Source: Myxococcota bacterium
GTDB lineage: Bacteria > Myxococcota_A > UBA796 > SXON01
Direction: 5' to 3'
Length of the DNA stretch: 17,200 bases
Assembly (NCBI GenBank): GCA_040386535.1
Contig: JAZKFH010000077.1
Coordinates: 1-17,200, forward strand
Position 1 is the first letter of the stretch, and each line of letters starts with the position of its first letter. The notes beneath the pieces were generated by a model, which saw nothing but the letters and a program-made list of their open reading frames with translations, was not told the DNA's origin and did not search any database. This document shows positions 1-8,048 of the stretch, one piece after another. The position numbers and the translations under genes were made by a program.

Positions 1-445
1 GTCGGGAGCGGGGCGCCGCTTGGCTTCCGGAGTAGTAGAAGACCGGATAGGCATGCAGGGCGAGCTCGTCGATCCGCGCGCGGACCTGTACCGTGTTGAC
101 CTGCAACGGATCGCTGCTCGGGGTGAACGTGCCCGCCGTCGCGTCCCACACGCCCAGGACGATGTCGTCGTCGGCGAGCACGACGGTCCCGCCGCCGGCG
201 AAGTTCTGGGCGGCCATGGACGCGGCGGTGACCCGGGCGGCGGTGAGCCCCGCCTCGGTTCCATCGAGCCTCAGGCTCCCGGCGCGCGCGCCGGCCTCGC
301 TCGCGTTCTCCAACTGTTGTTGCACGAGCCGCCCGTACCCGAGATCGATTGTCAACGCGGCGAACGAGAGCAACACGACGGCGCCGAGGGCGACGATCGT
401 GGCGATGTTGCCCTCACGCGCGGGTGTCCGAGCCCGAATTGGCAT
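1..445 (-). CDS. TadE/TadG-like Flp pilus assembly protein (N-terminal Tad domain), 3' end runs off the window
   Basis: Not in the ORF track. Hand translation from ATG at 445: MPIRARTPAREGNIATIVALGAVVLLSFAALTIDLGYGRLVQQQLENASEAGARAG...DIVLGVWD..., open to the window edge. It shows the G-x-hydrophobic helix-D-x-G...LxNAxxAxAxAG pattern of Tad/TadG N-termini. GGGGA lies about 9 nt upstream. Confidence 0.85.
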   Translation of the reverse strand, partial: MPIRARTPAREGNIATIVALGAVVLLSFAALTIDLGYGRLVQQQLENASEAGARAGSLRLDGTEAGLTAARVTAASMAAQNFAGGGTVVLADDDIVLGVWDATAGTFTPSSDPLQVNTVQVRARIDELALHAYPVFYYSGSQAAPRSR

Positions 446-564
446 GCAGAAGAGTCCCCGGTAGGTGGGGACCAATCTGATGCCGCCTCCGGCTCCTTCA
501 ATCCGCCGTAATCAAATAAACAACGTGAAGGTTCCGCTTTCGGGCTTAGTCGCCGTCGAGGGGT

Positions 565-608
565 GAGGGCTGCCCTCCGCGTGCGGATGCGCGGAGAGGG
601 CAGCCCTC
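565..608 (-). terminator. GC-rich stem-loop just downstream of the propeller gene
   Basis: GAGGGCTGCCCTC (565-577) and GAGGGCAGCCCTC (596-608) form a perfect 13-bp inverted repeat 11 nt after the stop at 620. There is no U-tract, so terminator function is inferred. Confidence 0.55.
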
Positions 609-619
609 GGACACGAAGC

Positions 620-3043
620 TCAGCGGCGGCCGTTGCCGCGACCGCTCGTGGCGTTCTCGTCGTTGCTGTTGGCGGGATCGCCCTGGTTGCTGTTGCCCGG
701 ATCGCAGTCCTCCGAGCCGTTGCCGAGGCCCTGGTTGCAGCCGCTGCCGGAGTTCACCACCTCGATGCCGCACTCGGTGGAGGTGCTGTTGCCCGCGTCA
801 TCGGTGGCGGTGGCGGTCCAGGTGATCTGCGTGCCGACGCCGCCGCCCTCGACCACGGTGAGGGTGTCACCGTCGAGGATGACCTCGCAGGAGTCGAGCT
901 TGCTCTGGATGGTGCCGTTGGACCGGACCTTGAAGCAGTCGTACTCGTCGATGACCACGGTGGAGCCGCAATTGTCGCTGGTGGTCGCCGTGAAGTCGAC
1001 CGAGGCCTCGTTCGGGGCGATGTCGGCGGGGCTGCCGCAATCCACCGTGGGGGCGGTCTCGTCGGCCACCTCGATCACCGCGGTGCACGTGTCACAGGCG
1101 CCCGAGTCGTCACACACGGTGAGCTCGGCCGAGGTGGTGCCGGGGCCGTAGGGACCGACGGGGCTCTGCACGATGGTGAGCGGGTCGCCATCGGGATCGT
1201 AGGAGCCGCCGTCGATGCTGCCGTCGGCGAGGCATTCGTCGTCCGCGACCGCGTACACGTCGGCGCAGACGGCGACCGGCGGGTCGTTCGGGGTGCAGGC
1301 GAGGTCTGCGGTGAGGGAGTCGGTGTTCGCCTCGTCACACTCGGCGTCCACATCGTCGGCGTCCGCCACGACGAAGATCTCCGCCGAGCCGCCCGGCGCG
1401 GTGAACGTATGGGCGAAGCTGACGCTCTCGCCCGGGGCCAGCGCGGCGATGGTCTCGGTGCCGACCAGCACACCGCCGGCGTCGGGGTCGCCCTCGTAGA
1501 TGTCGACGACCAGGCCGGCCGCGGAGGGTGCGTCCCCGTCGTTGCTCACCGTGATGTCGGCGACGGCGTCGTAGCTGTCGTCGACGCAGGCGAGGGCGTC
1601 GAGCGTCGCGACGAGATCCGGGGCGGCGAAGGCGCTGGAGGTGCCCGTGCCCTGGCTGTTCGAGCGGAACGTGTTCAGCTCCGGATCCAGCCAGTTGGTC
1701 TCCGGGACGGCCGGAATCGTGCCGTCCTCGTTGACGTTGGTGACCGAGTACGCGTGTTGGTTCCAGATGCCACGGGTGTTCACCCAGCCGTCGGTGCTGT
1801 CGGCGTACACCTGGATGCCGTTGGGGCCCGCGAAGGCGTAGTCGTTGGAGGCGACGACGATCTCGGCGTTGCCATCCCCGTCCACATCGGCGATCACCGG
1901 GTTCTCGTAGCCGGTGCCGGAGGCGTGGGTCACCTCGAAGCGGACGGTGCCGGAGGAGCCGTCGTAGATCCGGAGCTTGCGCTCGTCGGCGTAGACCACC
2001 TCGGCCGCGCCGTCCCCCTCGAAGTCGAAGGTGGAGGAGCCGGTGCGGTTGGAGCTGAAGTCCTGCACCACCGAGCTCCACTTGACGGAGCCGTTGGTCT
2101 CGTACACGACGTAGCGGCTGGAGCCGGCCACGCCGATCTCCACGTCGCCGTCGGCGTCGAAGTCGGCGATGTTGGGAGCGCCACCCGAGCCGCCGCCGGG
2201 GATCGCCGTCGTCCACAGGAGCGTGCAATCGTCGTCCAGCAGGGACACCTGGCCGCTCCAGACCAGCGCGATCTCACCCTCGGCGTCGCCGTCGAAGTTC
2301 CCGACGCTCGCGAGCCCGTGGCCCACCAAGGTGTTCTGGCAGAAGAGGGAGCCGTCGGGGTTGTACACCGTCCGGCCGTTGACCACCTCCTGGTCGCCGT
2401 CCTGGTTGATGTCGGCCGCGAAGGAGATCGCGCCGGTGCTGGGAGCGCCACCCGCGCCGCCGCTGCCGGTCCACAACAGGGCGCCGGTGGAGCTGAACAC
2501 CTGGTTCGCGTTGATGATCTCGACCGTGCCATCCCCCGTGAGGTCGGCGAAGGAGGGGCCGCCCCAGTTGTTGGAGGAGGTGACGGCCATCTTGAAGGTG
2601 CCGTCGTTCTCGAAGCAGAGGAGGCGGGTGCCGCTCTCGCCCACGGTGCAGAGCTCCGGCTGCCCGTCGTTGTCGAGGTCACCCGCGGCGACCTGGCTGA
2701 TGCCACGGGTCCGGTAGGCGGCGTTGCTCACGGTCCACAGCTCGCTGCCGTCCACGCCGCTGATGGCCCGGAGCACGCCGTTGGTGGTGTACTGGCTGCC
2801 GGCAAAGCTGTTGAAGACCACGTCGGGCGTGCCATCGTCGTTCACGTCGATGACGATGGGGGTCATCATCACCTGGATGTGTGTCGGCAGCGTGGTGCTC
2901 GAATTCCACTCCCACTCCAGCACCGGGTCGAAGCTCGGGGTGAAGGGCGGCACCACTTCACAGGTGCCATCGGTCGCCTGGGCAGCGCTGGCAAAGGTGA
3001 GCAGGGAGAGCATCAGGATGTGACGGAGCGAGGGGTGGGACAC
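620..3043 (-). CDS. Secreted FG-GAP/VCBS beta-propeller protein with CARDB-like and Cys-rich Ig-like C-terminal domains
   Basis: ORF 620..3118. The likelier start is GTG 3043 (GAGG upstream; signal peptide VSHPSLRHILMLSLLTFASAAQA). Repeated DxxxDGxx(D/E) motifs (DVNDDGTPD, DLDNDGQPE, DLTGDGTVE, DINQDGDQE, NFDGDAEGE, DFDADGDVE, DFEGDGAAE, DVDGDGNAE). CARDB-like segment APDLV...VSNDG...LAPGES...VVADADDVDAECDEAN. Confidence 0.88.
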   Translation of the reverse strand: MSHPSLRHILMLSLLTFASAAQATDGTCEVVPPFTPSFDPVLEWEWNSSTTLPTHIQVMMTPIVIDVNDDGTPDVVFNSFAGSQYTTNGVLRAISGVDGSELWTVSNAAYRTRGISQVAAGDLDNDGQPELCTVGESGTRLLCFENDGTFKMAVTSSNNWGGPSFADLTGDGTVEIINANQVFSSTGALLWTGSGGAGGAPSTGAISFAADINQDGDQEVVNGRTVYNPDGSLFCQNTLVGHGLASVGNFDGDAEGEIALVWSGQVSLLDDDCTLLWTTAIPGGGSGGAPNIADFDADGDVEIGVAGSSRYVVYETNGSVKWSSVVQDFSSNRTGSSTFDFEGDGAAEVVYADERKLRIYDGSSGTVRFEVTHASGTGYENPVIADVDGDGNAEIVVASNDYAFAGPNGIQVYADSTDGWVNTRGIWNQHAYSVTNVNEDGTIPAVPETNWLDPELNTFRSNSQGTGTSSAFAAPDLVATLDALACVDDSYDAVADITVSNDGDAPSAAGLVVDIYEGDPDAGGVLVGTETIAALAPGESVSFAHTFTAPGGSAEIFVVADADDVDAECDEANTDSLTADLACTPNDPPVAVCADVYAVADDECLADGSIDGGSYDPDGDPLTIVQSPVGPYGPGTTSAELTVCDDSGACDTCTAVIEVADETAPTVDCGSPADIAPNEASVDFTATTSDNCGSTVVIDEYDCFKVRSNGTIQSKLDSCEVILDGDTLTVVEGGGVGTQITWTATATDDAGNSTSTECGIEVVNSGSGCNQGLGNGSEDCDPGNSNQGDPANSNDENATSGRGNGRR

Positions 3044-3140
3044 GGTGGCCTCGGGGGTGGGCTTGGGGGCATCGGGCCAGCCATTCCGCTGGCCCCAGGA
3101 GCTGCGATCGTCGAGCACCCGCGGAGCGAGCGCGTTCCGA

Positions 3141-3170
3141 GTAGTACGGGAAGAGGGGCGCGAATGTCAA
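3141..3170 (-). promoter_or_regulatory. Candidate sigma70-type promoter for the propeller gene
   Basis: Minus strand reads TTGACA-N18-TACTAC in the intergenic region about 100 nt upstream of GTG 3043. The -35 is perfect and the -10 is weak. Confidence 0.45.
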
Positions 3171-3197
3171 TCACAGGGGATGACGTACCCCCGCTTC

Positions 3198-4709
3198 CTA
3201 CTCGACGACACGCCAGATGAAGACCGCGTAGGGCTCCGCCTCCACCGTGGCCGCGCCCTCCGCGTCCAACACCACGCTGGCCGTGCTTGCGTCCCACCCC
3301 TCCAGTGCGGCGCTCGCAAACGTGGTCCCAAGTTGGATGTCCAAGGCGCGCGGGCTGGCGCTGCCGTTGGTCGCCACGACCAACGTAGCGTTCGGTCGCG
3401 ACCAATACGCGAGGTAGGTGTAGTCGAGGATGTCGTAGGGGCCGGGGTTCACCGACACCGGTTGGCCCGCGGGGAGGGCCTCGGCGAGGAACGTGCGGAC
3501 CTCCTCGAGGTGGGGCCAGAACGTGTCCTCGAGCCACGCCTCCCCGCCCACCGCCTCGTTCGCGCGGTACCACGACCACCACCACAGGCCGCTCACCCCC
3601 AACGTCAGGTCCGAGAACGCCCAGAAGCGCAGCTCTCCGCGCGTGGGGAAGCGGCTGTCGGGCGGGTAGGTGACCGGATCTTCCGCGCTGTAGACCGAGT
3701 AGTTGAACGCCTGCATCACCGGCGCGATCCGACTCTCGGTGTAGTAGGTGCGCTGGTACGAGGCGAGTGTCGGATGGTACAGGGTGTTCGGGGAGGGCTC
3801 GCCCTCGTTCACGATGCCGTAGAAGTCGGGCATGCGCACGTCACCGACGTTCCAAAAGCTCCACCAGTCCGTGCACCAACAGTGGGCCACCTGGATGTCC
3901 AGGTCCGGGGTGCGGTCGCGGAGGACCCCTTGCATCTCGAAGAGCTGGTCCTCGATGATGGAGTACTCGGGCTCGTCGGCCAGGTACCAACTCCCGAGGG
4001 CCGGCGCCGCCGCCACGCCGTCGACGAAGGTCCGGAAGTCGTCGAGCGATGCGCCGCGCTCGGCGCGCGTCCGCCCGTTCAGGTTGGCCATGACAGTGAG
4101 GCCGTTCGCCTCGGCCTCTTCGAGGTACGCGAGGGACCACGCCAGATCGGTCGCCACGTCGCTGCCGGGCCAGGGGCCGAAGTTGTACGCGTGAACCGCG
4201 GTGATGCCGCGCGTCGCGAGCTCGGCCAGATCGGCGCTGTCCTCCACGCTCATGAAGCCGAGCGGGAACGTGTAGGCCCCGCAGCTGCCGTCGCCCACCT
4301 GCATCCGCGTGTCCAGGTCGTCGCAGTCCACGCAGGCCAGCTCGCCGTCGCCATCGGCGTCGGTGGATTCCCGCGGGGGCACGACCCCGTCGCAGTCCTG
4401 GTCCACCCCGTCGCACGCCTCGGACGCCCCCGGGTAGCGCCCCGGATCACCGTCATCACAGTCGCCTGCACGCACCGTCACCCCGTCGGCGTCCGCGTCG
4501 GGGCTCTCCCCTGTGTCGTCGGCTCCGCTGTCCGTGTCCGCGGTGTCGGTGTCGGCGGTGTCGGTGTCCGCGGTGTCGGTGTCCGCGGTGTCTGGGCTGC
4601 CGCTGTCATCCTTCGGCGCACCCGCGGCGACACACTCCCCGTTGGCGGCGAGCCGCTCCCCTGTCTGGCAAACCGGATCGGCGGAACAAGCCAAGGCGAG
4701 CAGGAGCAT
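3198..4709 (-). CDS. Lipoprotein with Asp/Thr linker, MopE-type putative metal-binding repeats and a glycoside-hydrolase-like TIM barrel
   Basis: Starts MLLLALA-C, followed by DTADT repeats and DADADG...GDCDDGDPGRYPGASEACDGVDQDCDG (MopE-related repeat). Then GITAVHAY, GSWYLADEP, MPDFY, VMQAF and GVSGLWWWSW, resembling clan GH-A barrels, and a beta-rich C-terminus. Confidence 0.78.
   Translation of the reverse strand: MLLLALACSADPVCQTGERLAANGECVAAGAPKDDSGSPDTADTDTADTDTADTDTADTDSGADDTGESPDADADGVTVRAGDCDDGDPGRYPGASEACDGVDQDCDGVVPPRESTDADGDGELACVDCDDLDTRMQVGDGSCGAYTFPLGFMSVEDSADLAELATRGITAVHAYNFGPWPGSDVATDLAWSLAYLEEAEANGLTVMANLNGRTRAERGASLDDFRTFVDGVAAAPALGSWYLADEPEYSIIEDQLFEMQGVLRDRTPDLDIQVAHCWCTDWWSFWNVGDVRMPDFYGIVNEGEPSPNTLYHPTLASYQRTYYTESRIAPVMQAFNYSVYSAEDPVTYPPDSRFPTRGELRFWAFSDLTLGVSGLWWWSWYRANEAVGGEAWLEDTFWPHLEEVRTFLAEALPAGQPVSVNPGPYDILDYTYLAYWSRPNATLVVATNGSASPRALDIQLGTTFASAALEGWDASTASVVLDAEGAATVEAEPYAVFIWRVVE
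4534..4593. repeat. Coding 15-bp tandem repeat x4 (DTADT linker)
   Basis: GTGTC(C/G)GCGGTGTC(G/T) at 4534, 4549, 4564 and 4579. Confidence 0.95.
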
Positions 4710-4833
4710 GCGTCCTCAATACACCATGCGGTCGGGCACGCAAGCTCGAGGGGCGGGTGATCGGGTGCTCGACCAGGCGGGCCGGCGCCCACGCGTTAGC
4801 GGACGGGGCCCGCCCGATCCGTAGGAGTCACGC

Positions 4834-5421
4834 GTGTCGACCAAGCCTGTCATCCCCGAGGCCCCCGTGATCTTCTTCCGCGACGCCGCGGAGTTCGAGG
4901 CCTGGATGGTCGAGCATGGTGACGTGGCGGGCGTGTGGCTGAAGATCGCGAAGAAGGGATCTGGCATCCCGTCGCTGACGGATGACGAGGCGGTCGACCT
5001 CGGCCTGTGCCACGGCTGGATCTCGGGCCAGCGGAAGCCCTACGACGCGGTCCATTACCTGCAGAAGTACGTGCCTCGCCGGCCGCGCAGCCTCTGGTCA
5101 CAAGTCAACGTGGCAAAGGTGGGGGAGCTGATCGCGGCCGGGCGGATGCGGCCGGCGGGCCTGGCGGAGGTCGAGGCTGCCCAGGCCGACGGGCGCTGGG
5201 CCGCCGCCTATCCCTCCCAGCGCAACGCCACCGTTCCCCCCGATCTCGCCGCCGCCCTGGCGGCGAGCCCGCCGTTGGCAGAGGCGTTCGGAGCGCTCAA
5301 CAAGACCCAGCAGTACGTGCTCCTCGTGAAGCTCCTCACCGCCCGCACCGCCACGGCCCGCGCCGCCCAGCTCCGCCGAACGCTGGTCGCGCTTGAAGCA
5401 CCCTCGGGTGCGTTGACCTGA
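4834..5421 (+). CDS. YdeI/OmpD-associated family protein
   Basis: F.AW, GVWLKIAKK, LCHGWISG, PRRPRSLWSQVN, GRMRPAGLAEVEAAQADGRWAAAY and VPPDLAAAL motifs. AGGAG at 4823-4827 precedes the GTG. Confidence 0.93.
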   Translation: MSTKPVIPEAPVIFFRDAAEFEAWMVEHGDVAGVWLKIAKKGSGIPSLTDDEAVDLGLCHGWISGQRKPYDAVHYLQKYVPRRPRSLWSQVNVAKVGELIAAGRMRPAGLAEVEAAQADGRWAAAYPSQRNATVPPDLAAALAASPPLAEAFGALNKTQQYVLLVKLLTARTATARAAQLRRTLVALEAPSGALT

Positions 5422-5508
5422 ACCCGGGGGATCCGCTATCCGTGCCGCGCGGTGCTCGTCTAGCACACGCACGGGGGGCGCGGGGGTGCTGCCAGGAGGA
5501 GACTGACC

Positions 5509-5542
5509 CGCGAACACATGCAGCGCCCTGCATGTGTTCGCG
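5509..5542. promoter_or_regulatory. Perfect 15-4-15 palindrome, candidate ArsR/SmtB-type operator of the pst operon
   Basis: CGCGAACACATGCAG-CGCC-CTGCATGTGTTCGCG, ending 28 nt before the pstS ATG. The core ACATGCA-N6-TGCATGT has the spacing of SmtB/CzrA-type operators (ATATGAA-N6-TTCATAT). The palindrome is certain; the function is inferred. Confidence 0.65.
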
Positions 5543-5570
5543 ATAGCCGGGCGTACCTCACGCGCCCGGA

Positions 5571-6404
5571 ATGACGATGCTCGCACTCCTCCTCCTCGCC
5601 TGCACCCCGAGGCCCCCGGCGGTCGAGCTCACGCTGGCCGGGGCCAGCACGATCCAACCGGTCGTGGAGATCGCCGGGCAGGCGTTCGAGGCGGCCCACC
5701 CCGGCGCGCGGATCGATGTTCAGGGAGGTGGCTCTTCGGTCGGCATCTCCTCGACACGATCCGGGCTCGCCGCCATCGGCACCGTGAGCCGCCCGCTTAA
5801 ACCGGAGGAGAGCGACCTGACCGCCACGACGATCGGCCTCGACGGCATCGCGGTCATCGTGCACGCCGACAACCCGATGACCGCCATCACCAAGGAACAG
5901 GTCGTCTCGGTCTACACGGGCGCGACCAACACCTGGACGGCGCTCGGCTGGGACGACCACGCGATCACGCTCGTCAACAAGGAGGAGGGCCGCTCCACCC
6001 GGGAGCTCTTTGAGGGCTTCTTCCTGCTGAAGGACCGATTCGCGGCCAACGCGGTCATCATCGGCCCCAACGGACAGGCCATCACCACGGTCGCCGGCAA
6101 CCCGTACGCCATCGCCTATGTGAGCATCGGCTCCGCCGCCTTCGCCGAGACCCAGGGGGCGACGATCAAGCGCCTCTCGCTCGACGGCGTCGCCGCGACG
6201 GTGGAGAACGTGGCGAACGAGACCTACCCGCTCATGCGGCCGCTGAACCTCGTGACCAAGGGACCTCCGACGGGTGGCGCGAAGGTGTTCATCGACTTCG
6301 TGCTCTCGGCCGAGGGGCAGGCGATCGTGCGGAAGGAGGACTTCGTCCCGGTCGCCGCGACGCCCCGCCCCCTCGCTGTCGACGATGCGTCCGCCACTCC
6401 CTGA
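5571..6404 (+). CDS. pstS: PstS-family phosphate ABC transporter substrate-binding lipoprotein
   Basis: Lipobox LLLA-C; AGASTIQP, GGGSSVGI, VSRPLK, LDGIAVIVH, AIAYVS, YPLMRPL, FIDFVLSAEGQAIV. First gene of a pstC-pstA-pstB run. Confidence 0.9.
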   Translation: MTMLALLLLACTPRPPAVELTLAGASTIQPVVEIAGQAFEAAHPGARIDVQGGGSSVGISSTRSGLAAIGTVSRPLKPEESDLTATTIGLDGIAVIVHADNPMTAITKEQVVSVYTGATNTWTALGWDDHAITLVNKEEGRSTRELFEGFFLLKDRFAANAVIIGPNGQAITTVAGNPYAIAYVSIGSAAFAETQGATIKRLSLDGVAATVENVANETYPLMRPLNLVTKGPPTGGAKVFIDFVLSAEGQAIVRKEDFVPVAATPRPLAVDDASATP

Positions 6405-7221
6405 CGCGGTGGCCGCGGCGGTCCTCCGCCCGGCGGCGTGGGCAGCCGTCGCGGGCCCATTGCTCATCGCCACCTTCGTGGGCCTCCAGGCGTGGCCTGC
6501 GCTGCGCGCGTCCGGTGGGGCCGCGTTCCTCACGGATCCCGACTGGGCACCGACCTCCGGCCGGTACGCGATCGCGCCCATGATCGCCGGCACCGTCGTG
6601 TCGAGCGTGGTCGCGCTCGCCCTCGCGGCGCCGGTCTCCGTCGCGTACGGCCTGCACGTCAACTTGTTCGCCGGCCCGCGGTTGGCGGCGTGGTCGCGTG
6701 CTGGGGTGGGGCTGCTCGCGGGGATCCCGAGCGTTGTGTTCGGGCTCGTGGCGCTCACGACGCTCGTGCCGCTCCTGGTGATCCGACACCCGCCGGGGCT
6801 CGGGCTCGGGGTGACCGTGCTGACCCTCGGGGCGATGATCCTGCCGACCGCGGCGGTCACTGTCGACGCCGCCGTGCAGCAGGTCGACCGCGATGCCATT
6901 CGCGCCGTCCTGGCGCTCGGACTCGGCCGTTGGGACGCCGCGCGCGCGGTGGTGCTGCCGCTCGCCGCGCGGGGCATCCGCGCCGGGCTGCTCCTCGCCC
7001 TCGGGCGGGCGATCGGCGAGACCATGGCCGTCCTGATGGTGGCGGGCAACACCGTGGCCTGGCCGACCGGGCCGTTCGCGTCGTTCCGCACCCTCACGGG
7101 CAACATCGCCGTGGAGATGGCCTACGCGACGGGTGTGCACCGCTCGGCGCTGTTCGTGTCGGCGGCTGTCCTCTTCGTGCTCGTCGGGGCGGTCGTCGCC
7201 CTGGAGCACCGCCGCGCATGA
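6385..7221 (+). CDS. pstC: Phosphate ABC transporter permease PstC
   Basis: In frame within ORF 6274..7221. ATG 6385 overlaps the pstS end. Motifs W.P..G.Y.I.PMIAGT, LLAGIPSVVFG, MILPT, ALGRAIGETMAVLMVAGN, RTLTGNIAVEMAYA, HRSALF. Confidence 0.92.
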   Translation: MRPPLPDAVAAAVLRPAAWAAVAGPLLIATFVGLQAWPALRASGGAAFLTDPDWAPTSGRYAIAPMIAGTVVSSVVALALAAPVSVAYGLHVNLFAGPRLAAWSRAGVGLLAGIPSVVFGLVALTTLVPLLVIRHPPGLGLGVTVLTLGAMILPTAAVTVDAAVQQVDRDAIRAVLALGLGRWDAARAVVLPLAARGIRAGLLLALGRAIGETMAVLMVAGNTVAWPTGPFASFRTLTGNIAVEMAYATGVHRSALFVSAAVLFVLVGAVVALEHRRA

Positions 7222-8048
7222 CTCCAGAACGCCGCGATCGTGTCGCCAACCGCATCCTCGGCCTCGCGCCGGTGGGCGTGCTCGCGCTGGTGGCGTTCAT
7301 CGTGGGGGACGTCGTGCTCGGGGGGCTCGGGAAGGTCGATTGGGCCTTCCTCTCCGAGGGGCCGCGGCAGGCGGGCCGGGAGGGTGGGATCGCGCCGATG
7401 CTGGTGGCGACGGGCTGGGTACTCCTGATCGGGGTCGGCTCGGCGCTGCCGGTCGGCCTCGGCGCCGCGATCCACCTCGCCGAGTTCGGTCGGTCGGGGC
7501 TGCGCGTCGTCCGTGGAGCGCTGGACTTGTTGTCCGCCGTGCCCTCCGTCGTCTACGGCCTGTTCGGCCTCGCCTTCTTCTGCGAGGCGCTCGGGCTCGG
7601 CTGGTCGGTGCTCTCGGGCGGGCTCACCGTCGCCCTGATGATCCTCCCGCTCTTCGTCCGTCTGAGCGAGGCGGGCCTCCGCGCCGTGCCGGACCGGTAC
7701 CGTGCCGCGGGGCTCGCGCTCGGCCTGCCGCGCTGGATGCTGCTCCGCCGGGTGCTCCTCCCCCAGGCCGCGCCGGCCATCGCGGCCGCCCTGGTGCTCG
7801 CCACCGGACGCGTGCTCGCCGAGTCGGCCGTGTTCCTGTTCACGGCCGGGGCATCCACCCGCCTGCCCGAGGGGCCGGGAGACCCGGGCCGCGTGTTGGC
7901 GGTCCACGTGTACCTCATGGCGGTCGAGGTGCCGGGCGGCGGGGCGCGCGCCGCCGCGACCGCCGTGGTCCTGCTCGCGGGGGTGCTCGCCAGCGCGATG
8001 GCCGCCCAGGCGCTCCCCCGCTTGTTCCTCCGCCGAGGTGCCGCTTGA
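7218..8048 (+). CDS. pstA: Phosphate ABC transporter permease PstA
   Basis: ATGA overlap with the pstC stop. Motifs GGIAPMLVAT, GLGAAIHLAEF, LSAVPSVVYGLFGLAFF, ALMILP, LRAVP, GRVLAESA. Confidence 0.92.
   Translation: MTPERRDRVANRILGLAPVGVLALVAFIVGDVVLGGLGKVDWAFLSEGPRQAGREGGIAPMLVATGWVLLIGVGSALPVGLGAAIHLAEFGRSGLRVVRGALDLLSAVPSVVYGLFGLAFFCEALGLGWSVLSGGLTVALMILPLFVRLSEAGLRAVPDRYRAAGLALGLPRWMLLRRVLLPQAAPAIAAALVLATGRVLAESAVFLFTAGASTRLPEGPGDPGRVLAVHVYLMAVEVPGGGARAAATAVVLLAGVLASAMAAQALPRLFLRRGAA

Noticed and set aside
20..511. Plus-strand ORFs 20..511 and 93..464
   Set aside because: The minus-strand frame from ATG 445 carries a clear Tad-domain signature, so these are its shadows.
563..3220. 885-aa plus-strand ORF (likewise 3045..4760, 5460..7106, 9299..11092, 13138..15621)
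   Set aside because: These are antisense shadows of well-supported genes, expected in high-GC DNA, and contain no recognisable motifs.
5422..5570. Pho box or riboswitch upstream of pstS
   Set aside because: No CTGTCAT-like 11-bp direct repeats and no riboswitch consensus that I recognise. The AGGAGG near 5494 is too far from the pstS start to be its RBS.
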